The notes under the pieces: generated by a model | What the model saw: the letters and a program-made list of their open reading frames with translations, nothing else | Told to the model about the DNA's origin: nothing | The model's database searches: none | Translations under genes and position numbers: made by a program | Assembly: GCF_009914755.1 (NCBI RefSeq) | Contig: NC_060943.1 | From: the human T2T-CHM13v2.0 reference genome, Homo sapiens | Reading direction: 5' to 3' (one strand) | Length of the DNA stretch: 64,000 nucleotides | Shown: positions 1 through 11,121 of the stretch, in pieces | How positions within the stretch are numbered: the first letter of the stretch is position 1 | How the letters are laid out: each line of letters opens with the position of its first letter

Positions 1-79
1 GGGTCACAGCTCAGGGGTCAGTGTCCTCGGCTCACTCATCTTACGCAGGGTGCCTCCCTCATTTCTCTGTCATATCGCC

Positions 80-285
80 CTTACTTATTTCCATCAGAGA
101 AACTTACACAATTTATATTGATTTCAATTGCATGTTTATTTTATGCTGCCTGTGTGATCTACTAAAATCGAAACTGAGGTGGGATGGGGAGGACAGGGGG
201 CCTCTTGGCTGTGTCCACTGCTCTGATATCTCTGTCCTGCTGTCAATGGCAGGTGCTCGATAGATCACCAGTGAGTGAAGTGCTC
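80..285 (+). mobile_element. L2 LINE 3' end, highly decayed
   Basis: gtccactgctctgatatc...caggtgctcgatagat...gagtgaag resembles the L2 3' terminus (ttcactgctgtatcc...aggtgctcaataaat...gaatgaa). Confidence 0.5.
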
Positions 286-699
286 TGGTTACCAACTCAG
301 AAAGACAGCGTGGTCTGTGCCTCTTCCTAGGACTCCACAATAGCCCCATAGTGAAAGTCCACTGCATGCAGAGAGATACTGCAGATAGACAGCATATCTA
401 GGCATCCTGTGCCCATCCCTGGGCATCTCAGTTGAGAAACTGAAGCTGGATCAGAACAGGGCTGTGAGAACAGCAAAGAGTTTGGAAAGTAAGCCAGTCA
501 AGGCTTGGTGTTAGGAGACCCAGAACATTGAGCCTAGAGGGAAAGGATGATTTAACATTTTATGGCACTTATTTACTAGATAGTCTGGAGGGAGAGGGAT
601 TTAAATTGCTCAGTACAGCTGCAGAGAGCACACTTAGGGCCCAGGATGTGGATCTGAGGAAGCAGTGTAGATTGGAAGTCAGACTTGGGCCCAGAGCAA

Positions 700-835
700 A
701 ACAGCCGTGGACTCAGTCTAGGCTCTACCACTTGCTACCTTGTGGAATTCTGAACAACTTACTCCATTTTGCTATGCCTGAGCTCATTTCCCTGTTGAGA
801 GGATTTAGTGAAACATTTGCAAAGCACTTAGCCTT
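700..835 (+). mobile_element. MIR SINE relic
   Basis: ggctctaccacttgctaccttgtgga...ttactccatttt..tgcctgagctcatttc...gaggatt...aaagcacttagc follows the MIR core. Confidence 0.5.
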
Positions 836-1389
836 CAAATGCTAAAGAGAGGTTTAGGAAAACAAACATCCCCCAAGCTTTGTATTTGTAGAAAACAGTG
901 AGGTTCCATTCAGACTAATTGTGGAATACTGTTAATCCCTTACCAGCTCGGGCAATAACTCTAGTCTTCAGCAAGGTTGTAGCATTCTCTTCCCCACCCT
1001 CTCAAATATATCTGGGATTTGTCAAAGGGCTGTCTTCACTGTCCTCATAAGCCATCAGCCTGCCACCACTGGCCTTGGTCACTTTCAGAAAACTTGGCTC
1101 CAGGCCCCGATTCCAATGTAACCATCCCAGAAATTTATCCCAGTTACTGAACATTCATGCTTTAAGAACAGCTCTTGCAAGGAAGAAATCTGAGTTTCCC
1201 TCTTCCTGCCACAAAAATAAACAAAGAAAAGTAAAAGTCAAACCAAAGCCTGGGAGAAGATATGCATGCTGCATATATCTGACAAAAGACTTAGTTCTGT
1301 AATATGTAAAGAGTTCCTACAAATCAATAATTTTAAAAGCCAATCACCTCAAGGTATAAAATGGGCAGAAGACTTGAATGGACACTTCA

Positions 1390-1715
<326 letters not shown>

Positions 1716-1994
1716 GATACAAGTAGACATTTTGCACATGAAGAGACGTTCAACATCATTGGTCATCAGTGAGATGCAAACTAAAACCATAATGAGATGT
1801 TATTTCATATCCAGTATAGTGGCTAAAATTGAAAAGTCTGAGAGTCCCAAAAGTAGACAAGGATGTGGAACAACCAGAACTCTTGTATATTGCTGGTGGA
1901 ATGTAATATGGAACAAACACTTTGGAAAACTGCTATAAAGTTAAACAAACACTTGCCATTTGACCCACACAATTCCAGTCAAAGCTTTTTTCAA

Positions 1995-2487
1995 AGAAGA
2001 CAAAGATGACATGATGACAATGAAGAAGAAGCAGAAGAGGAAGAAGAAGAAGGAGGAGGAGGAGGAGACAACAATGATGACGATGAAGAAGAAGCAGAAG
2101 AAGGAGCAGAAGAGGAAGAAGAAGGGGGAGGAGGAGGAGAAGGAGGAGAAGGAGGAGGAGAAGGAGGAGAAGGAGGAGGAGAAGGAGGAGAAGAAGACAA
2201 CGATGATGACAATGAAGAAGCAGCAGAAGAGGAAGAAGAAGAAGGAGGAGGAGGAGGAGACAACAATGATGACGATGAAGAAGAAGCAGAAGAAGGAGCA
2301 GAAGAGGAAGAAGGAGGGGGAGGAGGAGGAGAAGGAGGAGAAGGAGGAGGAGAAGGAGGAGAAGAAGACAACGATGATAACAATGAAGAAGCAGCAGAAG
2401 AAGAAGCAGAAGCAGCAGCAGAAGAAGAACAAGAGAAAGAAGAAGAAGAACAACCACAACAACAAGGAAGAGGAGGAGGAGGAGGAA
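1995..2487. repeat. Compound GAA/GGA/GAT/GCA triplet repeat with higher-order units of 192 and 171 bp
   Basis: Unit starts atgat(g/a)acaatgaagaag at 2011, 2203 and 2374; pure-purine runs 2108-2197 and 2300-2368. Confidence 0.95.
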
Positions 2488-3479
2488 ATGAAATGAAAAC
2501 TTATTTACAAAAAGACTTATACAAAAATATTCATAGCCACATTATTCCTATAGCCAAAAACTGAAAACAGTCAAATGTCCCCCAACTGAGGAGTGGATAA
2601 ACAAGTTGTTTTATGTTGACAATATGAGATACTATTTAGAAGCAAAAATGAAAAGAACAAAACCCTAATATATGAGGGAATAAGAGAATCTCAAAAATGT
2701 CACATTGAGCCAGACACAAAAAAGTGTGCACTGTATGACTCCTTTCTACGGAGTGCTGTACCAGGCAAAGGCCAGCTGTGAGGACAGAAATCAGATCGGT
2801 GGCTGCCTCTGCAAGGAGTATAGAGATGGACTTAGGAGACGGAAGGAATTCTCTAGAGGGACAGAAATGGTTTATATCTAGAAGGGAGGGTGTCTACGTA
2901 TGTCAAAACTCATCAAATTGCACCCTCTGTTGCATATACATTTATTTTAATAAAGTAGATTATAAAAGGAAAGAGAAAAGACAACAAAATATGTGTCTAC
3001 TTTAATTATGCTCAGTTGGAGAGAGCATGTCCTATTGCAGGCTGGGCCCTAAGTGTTAAGAGCTCAATGAAGCATCTCTTTAAGACCAATCATATTGGCT
3101 CTTCTCTCCCCTGAGTATACCCCAGGCCACCAAGTAATCAGGTCTACTTCAGTTCTGTTACACTAGCCCCAAGAAAATCAGTTAATGCAAACAGAGAACA
3201 GAGACAGGAGGACCCTGCAAAGACCTCCCAAGGGGCAACCACGTGGGTTGACTGTAAGAGGATCCCCTCAATCTTGGTGGTGATTTCTCCATTTCATTTG
3301 ACCTGGGTGGAGCTGGGGTAGTACCTGTTACCCCATCACTTAATCTAGGGAGCTGGGATATCTCAGTGCATCCCTAAAATGTATGTTCATAATGAAGGAA
3401 GGGTTTTATTCTCTACCCCAGGAGATGCCTTAGAGAAACAAGAAGCGCTACACCACCACTCTAGCGTCTGGAGCCCTGT

Positions 3480-3725
3480 CTGGGAGGTTAGGCAGACATG
3501 GGGCAAATCCTGGCTCCACCTCCTCATAAGCTGTGTGACTTTGAGTGTGTTCCTGAATCTCTCTGTGCCTCAGTTAACTCCTCTCCGTAATGGGTATAGT
3601 CAAAGAGTGTATCCGTCTCAAGGTTGTCATTAGAAGTAAATAAACTAGTAGAGGTAAAGGGCTTAGCACTTTATTAACTCTAAGCATTGGGAACACTTCA
3701 TAAAAGTTAGCTATGATTATTATTA
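3480..3725 (+). mobile_element. MIR SINE
   Basis: caaatcctggctccacc...agctgtgtgactttgag...ctctctgtgcctcagtt...gcttagcac...ttagctatgattattatt. Confidence 0.75.
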
Positions 3726-5401
3726 CATGAACATGAGGATAAAAGAAAGTCTGAGATTCAGAGGTAAATGGATGGAAGGGGAAAATAAGAGATTCAGAGA
3801 AAGAGAAGGAATCAAAGAAAAAGACTAAGGTGAGAATGAAATAAAGGCATACGAGAAAAAGGTAGAAACAGAAGAAGAATGAACCCAAATTATACTTCTC
3901 TGCCTAAAGCTTGCCGAAGCGTTCTGCACAGCTCCCTGAGCATAATCTGGGCTCGGTTATTTAAAAGGCTGTGGGATAATACAGTGGGAAGACAGGTCTG
4001 CACGGTAACTCACACAATTTATCACACAGGGAAGAGCCACTAATCTTTTTAGGAAACAAGGTATTCATAGTTATTTAAGGCTAATATTTATGCATGACCA
4101 CACATTGTGAACACAGCCCAATCTCCATCCTCACCCAGCCAAGATCTGGGAAGGTCTTTAGCAGCAATGTTCCATATTTTAAGCCCCCTACAGAAGTCTC
4201 ACCCAGTAGTCTGCACCGGCTCTGTTATTAACTGCATCCATACACCAGATATATTCATGCACATCGCTAATTGAAAGAGCAGATTTTCCCGAGGTGGGTG
4301 AGTACTAAGCCGAGGTGGGTGGATACAGCCTTGCGTGAATTTCTTATGACCAAAACCACAATGTTACCTTGCAAAAGGTAATCAATTATTCAAACTCAGA
4401 ACCTTCAGAATATGCATAAATATAGTCCAGGCACAGTCCAGCTGGTCTATTTCATTAGCCTACTCTTTACAGGGTGCTGAGAACAAAAGGCTGGATGTAA
4501 CAATACGAGTGACCCCAGCAACAACTAGAAAGATGCCCGTTTCCTGCCCAACCCACAGAGGACCCGATCTTATCTGCATTTGGCCAGAATATGACCTTCA
4601 GGGACGTTTTCTCCAGTCATGGCTGAGGCTGCCTTCTTGTCCCACAGAGGGCCCCTTTCCTTGTCTCTCTCGTTCTTCTCTTTTCTACTCCTCCCTGCCA
4701 AGGGACCCAGCTTCATCCTGCCTCCGTCTAGCTGGGTCATGCCATTGTCTCCTGATGTTTCACCAGCATATGCTGGGTCGTCATGCCCTTGCCATTTTAA
4801 TCTGGGTTACTTGTCTTCCTTAACCCTGGGTGCTCAAGATGGAATCTCTACTGGATCAATAAACTTCATTCTGGTCCATGTTCAACCCTTCTTACTGACT
4901 ACTCTCAATGCAGTATTATCCTCAAAGACCTCTTCTCCAACCAGGAGGAGAATGAGGCAGCCAAGAGGAAGAGGGGAGCCTGAGTCATGGCTAAACAAAG
5001 AGGCTTACAAACAAACAAAAATTCCAGAGAACTATGACCTGCTGCATCTATCCAAGACCAGGATTTTTGAAGCACAGGAAGAGGTACGGTGTGCACTGCA
5101 CTGTTGTCTTGGGAAACAGTTACTTCTTTATGTCTCAGGATGTTAGGACGAGGTGAGCAGCCAATCCCTTCTAGATGGAATTACAGACCCTCCACCTTTC
5201 TTCATCCTTCCTGGTTCTCCTTCACATGCCCATGAGGACCCACCCACTGGTTTTCCAACCATCTGTTGTTTGGTTTTTGTCTGGAAGCACCTGGACATTA
5301 AAGTCCTCCCCCGAGTCACCCTCGCGGCATCTGCCATGTGCAAAGGAGCTTGCAAGGGACCTGCCAGTGAATTTGGGCAGGAGGCACTGGGGAGGGGTCT
5401 G

Positions 5402-5538
5402 CAGTGATTCAGTGATATTGTGAATCAGTGATATTGTGAATGCAAACCTGGCTGGGTATCAGAATCACCTGTGGAGTTCAAAACAAAATGAAACCAGACC
5501 ACAAGGATGCAACTCAAACGTTCAGAATTGGTGGCATC
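5402..5538 (+). mobile_element. MER5-like hAT MITE fragment
   Basis: caaacctggctgggtatcagaatcacctgtggag resembles MER5A (catcagaatcacctggag). Confidence 0.4.
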
Positions 5539-5945
5539 TGTGGCAGGTCGAGTTCTCTGGGAAAGAGGGCAACTCTGAGGTGGGGTTAAGGGTGCAGGAG
5601 GTGTATTAAGGTCCACCCTGGACATCAGCACCTGAGGAGGGGACACAAGCAGGAGTGAACAACAGGAAAAATCAACATGCAATGCAAGCCTAACAATGGC
5701 CTTGGCTCCTTGCAAAACTCAGGAGCTAGAATGGCCCTTCAGAGTTCTCCCAAGCTGTCCAGGCCTTCATGGTTCTGGATTGATCTGTCATTGAATGTGA
5801 CCCACCCTGGTGAGCCACCCATCGGCAGCTGAGGCAATCCCTGAAGGGAATAGTAACTGCAGGCTGCCTGCCTGCCTGCCTGCTGGGAATGAGGCGCTAT
5901 GTCTCCATTGAAGGTGAATCTGGGCAGCACCCACCACAACCCATC
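5539..5945 (-). mobile_element. ERVL-class LTR (LTR16-like), 3' LTR of the adjacent ERVL
   Basis: tgtggcaggtcgagttctctggga...actctgaggtgg...ggagctagaatggcccttcagagtt...gaggcaatccctga...gaatctgggcagcac matches my recollection of reverse LTR16; it lies downstream of the minus-strand integrase. Confidence 0.65.
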
Positions 5946-6389
5946 CTTTGCCAAGATGGTAACTCTTTCCCTTGCCTGCGGGTTCTTTGCACAAGGAGTT
6001 CAAGTGTTCAGGTGGCAATTACTGTTTATTCTGGCTCTGTCTGTTGGCAAAGGTGCTTCCTCTTTGGGACCCAGGACCTATAAACCTGAAGAACACAGAG
6101 TTGTGGGTACAGGAAGCACAAACTCCCCAAGTGAGTTAATGGGTGTGACAGCAAGGAAGACAATCCTGCTTCCATCCCTTGGTTCCTAGGTGTGTGGATA
6201 TTTTCCAACTTTTGGGTAAATATAATTTTATATGTATATATATATATGTTAGTAAAGCATCAAATAAATATCTTAAAGTGTTTTTTGCATCCTGGAGAAT
6301 GATTGCTGCCCCATCCTTACAAATGATCACATCTAAGCTGGTACCTTAGTTGTGCTTCGTACAGACCTTTTCAACACTTTATTAGGCAA

Positions 6390-7223
6390 TTTTTTTTCTT
6401 TCTAATTTTTATTTTAGGTTCAAGGGGTACATGTGCAGGTTTGTTACATGGGTAAATTGCTTGTCAAAGGAGTTTGGTGTACAGATAATTTTGTCACCCA
6501 AGTAATCAGCATAATGTCTCTATTGGTCTATTTTCATACTGCTATAAAGAATGTCTGAGACTGGGTAATTTATAAAGAAAAGAGATTTAATTAACTCACA
6601 GTTCCAAATGGCTGGGAAGGCCTCAGGAAACATAATCATGGTGGAAGGTGAAGGGGAAGCAAGCACGTCTTACATGGCAGCAGGAGGGGGCGGACTGCCA
6701 AACACTTTTAAACCATTAGCTCTCATGAGAACTCCCTCATTATCATGAGGACAGCATGGGGAAAATGACTGCCATAATCCAATCACCCCCAACCAGGTCC
6801 CTCCCTACACACATGAGCATTACAATTAGAGATGAGATTTGGGTGGGAACACAAAGACAAACCATATCAATATCCAATAGTTTTCAGTCCTTGCCCTCCT
6901 CCAACCCTCCACCCTCCAGTAGGCCCCAGTGTCTGTTGTTCCCATGCTTATGTCCATTGGTGCTCAATGTTTAGCTCCCACTTATGAGGACATGCATTGG
7001 GTGTTTGGTTTCCTGTTCTTCTGTTAATTTGCTTAGGATAATGGCCTCCAGCTCCAACCATGTTTCTGCAAAGGACATGATTTTGTTCTTTTTATGGCTA
7101 TGTAGTATTTCATGGAGTATATGTACCACATTTTCTTTATCCAATCCACCACTGATGGGCACCTAGGTTGATTCCATGTCGTTGCTATTGTGAATAGTGC
7201 TGCAATAAACATGTGTGTGCATG
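6390..7223 (-). mobile_element. 5'-truncated older L1PA/L1PB 3' end inserted in the ERVL integrase
   Basis: T-rich tail then ggttcaaggggtacatgtgcaggtttgttacatggg; aggataatggcctccagctcc, gttgattccatgtc; integrase similarity resumes on both sides. Confidence 0.92.
6519..6869 (-). mobile_element. MSTA-like MaLR solo LTR inside the L1
   Basis: gagactgggtaatttataaagaaaagag...gagatttgggtgggaacaca...aaccatatca; 5-bp TSD atgtc/atatc. Confidence 0.92.
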
Positions 7224-8950
7224 TTAGACTAGCAACTTTGGATGGTACGTATATGACATGACAAGGTAATCTTGACATTGATTCCATGTCATTGCTATTG
7301 CGAATAGTGCTGCAATGAACATGTGTGTGCATGTTAGACTAGCAACTTTGGATGGTACGTATATGACATGACAAGTTAATCTTATGGCCATGGACCCAAT
7401 CCCATAACTTCCTTTGCTTTAAAGTGGGTCTCCTGGACCAATGTGACACTATATGGGATCCTATCCCAGTGTATCAAGCCCTCTGTAATCGCGCGAATGG
7501 TGGCTGTCACTGAAGCTTAATGGGAAATAAAGTCCCATACATGAAATAAGAACCCCGCTCCCACAGGAATGAGTCACTGGTCCTTCCAGGGTGGAGGACC
7601 CCAGTGTAATCAACTTGCCAACATGTATCCAGGTGGTCCTCTTGAGGGATGGTGCCATATCAGAAATTCAACATGGGTCCTTGTTACTGGCATTTTGGAC
7701 AGGCAATAGCAGCAACAGCTAGATTGGCCTTGGTAAGCCAGAGCCTGTGCTGTTGGGCCCATGCAAGTAGCCATCCCTGCCACCATAGCTACTTTGCTCA
7801 TGTACTTTGCTATCATGCCATCATTGGGGTTGCTGATGATACAGGGTGGCTAGCATCAGCTGACTAAGTCAGTTTGTCTACGTGATCATTTAGTGCCACT
7901 ATTACGCTGAAAGCTCTCTGTTGGACATTAATACACAATACACAGATCTTCATACTTTGTGCCTGCTCCAAAATGCCCAGCCTCATGACTCTGCCTTGAA
8001 GCTCCCAGGTGCAATCTACTCTGGCTACTTCTAGGCCCTGACCAGACAACGGAGCCATTCACCATTCAGCCTATGGCATCATATGGATATTCTAACCTTG
8101 AGCAACTTCTCTTCCCATACACAGTGGATGACCAGGATGGTCTGAGCTTTGCCCCTTGGAAGAATGTTCCCTCATCACTGTCTTTCAAGGCAATCCTTGA
8201 GAGGAACCATGGTGCAGCCACCATCTGTTTTCAGCCTGCACCCTCATGCAAGTCTAACCTTTCTGTGAACCAAGCTCAGGCCATTTTGTCTTCCATCAGT
8301 TGGTCACAAGGGATCCCCTCTACAGCAGGAGGAGCTATCTGAGGAAAAGGTGCTGACATAACAGTGGAGGGTGACATGTGGATCTGGACTACCTGCTCAT
8401 GCAAATTCCCTGTGCCATCCAGTCCTCCTCATACTGGATCCCAGGTGGACCCTTTCTACCTTCTGATAGTTTGTTTCCAGGCTTGACTAGCATTAGGAGT
8501 TGCTGAGTCTGACAGATGAGCTCCTGATGGGCAGCTATGGCCACATGTTCACCTTGTGTCCCATGATCGGGTGTGTCATCTCTACCAAGGCCCATAAGAC
8601 AATCAGAAGTTGTTTTTCAAATGGTGTATAATTTTCCCTAAGCAGATGCCATGGCCTTGACCCAGAATCCTAGTGATTCTCTCACTGGAGCTTGCCATAA
8701 ACTCCACATGGTGTGTTTTCAAAGTGCTGGGATATACCTCTACTACCAATGGGTCTGCTGAGTTTTATAGCCCAAATGGCAGGGCTGCTCACACCTGTAG
8801 ACAGAACCTGTTATAGAGTTCTTTCTTGTTCTAGGTCCCATTCAAATCTGGCAGCCTTTCAAGTCACCTGGGTCAGCGCAGTATAGGTATACATTTTGTT
8901 GCTTCCAGAATCCAGAGAAACAGAGAACCTACCAGCCATTGTGCTTCCTT

Positions 8951-9142
8951 GTTTTTTGTTGTTGTTATTGTTATGTGTTTGTTTTGTGAGACAAAGTCTC
9001 ACTCTGTCGCCTGGGATGGAGTGCAATGGCATGATCTTGGCTCTTGGCTCACTGCAACCTCCACCTCCCTAGTTCAAGTGATTGTCCCGCCTCAGCCTCC
9101 GGAATAGCTGGGATTAGAGGCATGTGCCACCACGCCCAGCTA
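8951..9142 (-). mobile_element. 5'-truncated Alu (right arm only)
   Basis: gagacaaagtctcactctgtcgcc...cccagctaatt; TSD attgtg(c/a)ttcctt at 8938-8950 and 9143-9155. Confidence 0.93.
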
Positions 9143-10896
9143 ATTGTGATTCCTTTTTCACAGCAGGAGATGCAATGTGCAATCATTTCTTCTTTAGTTT
9201 GGAGGCAATGTTGTAATATTTCCTTGACCACTGAACTCTTAAAAATGTTTACTGATGCAGCAGACTCCTGAATTTTCATAGGCTTTGTCTCCCTAACTCT
9301 GGCTCACATATGACTTACCAAGGCCTCCAACACGCTACATATCTTGCTTATCTGGTCCTATTAGCGTATTCGCTATGGAACGGATCATTGTGATTTTCTG
9401 TTGGATGTCAACATGGGACAGATTACTTTGGACCACATTATGACAGAGGGCAGGAAAGTTAACAGAGCCTTGGGGAAATCTATGAATGTATCCTGTTGTT
9501 TGTTCCATGTAAATGTAAACTATTTCTGATCATTTCTGATAGGTATGGAAGAGAACACATTTGCTAAATCAATGCTGCATATCATGAATTGAGGCCATGT
9601 TAATCAACTCCAGCAAAGACATCACAGTTGCATGGCAGCTGCGATCAGGGTTATGACGTGGTTGAGTTTGTGGTGCTCACTGTTATTTTTCAGGATACAT
9701 CTGGTTTTAGCAGGGGCTACACTGGTAAATTAAATGGATCTCTGACAGAAACCACCACCCCTGCAACATCTGTTAGGTTTGTAAGAGTGGGGCTAATGCT
9801 TCCCATCTCCTTCCCCCTGAAATAATACTGTTTTTATTGTCTTGGCAGGAGCAGGGTGAGGGGCATTTTCAGAGTCTTCTCTTGGCTCCCCTCACTATGA
9901 CAGTTTTTACTCTACAGTCTAAGGGCTCAGCAAGGAACTTGCACCAACTACCAAGTGCCTTTATTCTGATTTTACATTTGGAGGTTAGGAAAATAACCAA
10001 TTTACTGGGCTTAATGCATTATCATGGCCTTACTATATGACTGGGGGTACAATGGGACTAAGTAATAAATGGAGCCCTGTTCAAAACCACCCACCCAGTT
10101 TCTAGGTCCCATTCAAATCTGACAACCTTTCAAATCACCTGATAAATGCGTAATGCTTTAAGCCAAGTAAATTGGTTATTTTCCCAAACCCTGAATGTAT
10201 AATCAAAATAGATGCACTTTGGACTAATATAGACCAAAGTAATCGGTCCTATGTTGACATCCAGCAAAAAATCACAATGATCTATTCCATAGCAAATACG
10301 ATAATAGGACCCGATAAGCAAGACATATGTAGCATGTTGGAGACCTTGGTGAGATATATGTGGTCTAGAGTTTGGGAGATAAACCCTATGAAGATTCAGG
10401 GGTCTACTACATCAGTAAACCTTTTAGGAGTTCAGCCGTCAAGGGCATGTCAAAACATTGCATTTAAATTAAAGGAGAAATAATCGCATTTTGTATCTCC
10501 CACCATGAAAAAGGAAGCACAATGTCTGGTAGGCTTTTTGGATTCTAGAAGAAAAAAAAAAAATTGTATACCTGGGAATTTTGCTATGACCCAGGTGACT
10601 TGAAAGGCTGCCAGACTTGAATGGGACTTAGAACCTGGGTGGGTGGTTTTGACCAGGACTCCATTTATTACCTAGTTCCATTGTACCTCCAGTTGTATAG
10701 TAAGGCCATGATAATGCTTTAAGTCTTCAAGTATTAATGTCCCCTGACACTGCTTGAAATGTTTGCCTACTTCCCTTTTTCTGGAATGTAGTTACCCAAG
10801 TATATGGCTAAAGTTCTCTTTGAGGAAGAACTGGATGCTCGTAACAATCAACACTTGCCATAGTGCTCCAGGGTCCTCCAGGGTCCTTCCTCTTGA

Positions 10897-10933
10897 GTAT
10901 ATATATGGTGTGGTATATATATAAATGGTGTGT

Positions 10934-10975
<42 letters not shown>

Positions 10976-11058
10976 GGTGTGTGTATATATATATATATGG
11001 TGTGTGTATATATATATATATGGTGTGTATATATATATGGTGTGTGTATATATATATG

Positions 11059-11118
<60 letters not shown>
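10897..11118. repeat. Compound (TA)n/(TG)n microsatellite with recurring (ta)n-tgg-(tg)n units, ending in about (TA)22
   Basis: Directly visible; pure TA run 11074-11118. Confidence 0.98.

Positions 11119-11121
<3 letters not shown>

Noticed and set aside
1933-2496. 130-178 aa ORFs (poly-K/E, poly-L, poly-S/F, poly-P/S) as genes or a prothymosin/RPGR-ORF15-like pseudogene
   Set aside because: They coincide with a triplet repeat embedded in collinear L1 sequence; no unique domain, poly-A tail or TSD.
3008-3050. tRNA A-box-like gctcagttggagagagc
   Set aside because: No B-box or cloverleaf follows.
4497-4907. Possible ancient LTR (tgtaac...aataaa...ca) and overlapping 175-aa ORF
   Set aside because: I cannot assign a family or TSD, and the ORF resembles no protein I recognise.
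10172-10483. 103-aa plus-strand protease/RT-like ORF as a second ERV or domesticated gene
   Set aside because: It is a fusion of two pieces of the local inverted duplication, and the catalytic YIDD motif is destroyed.
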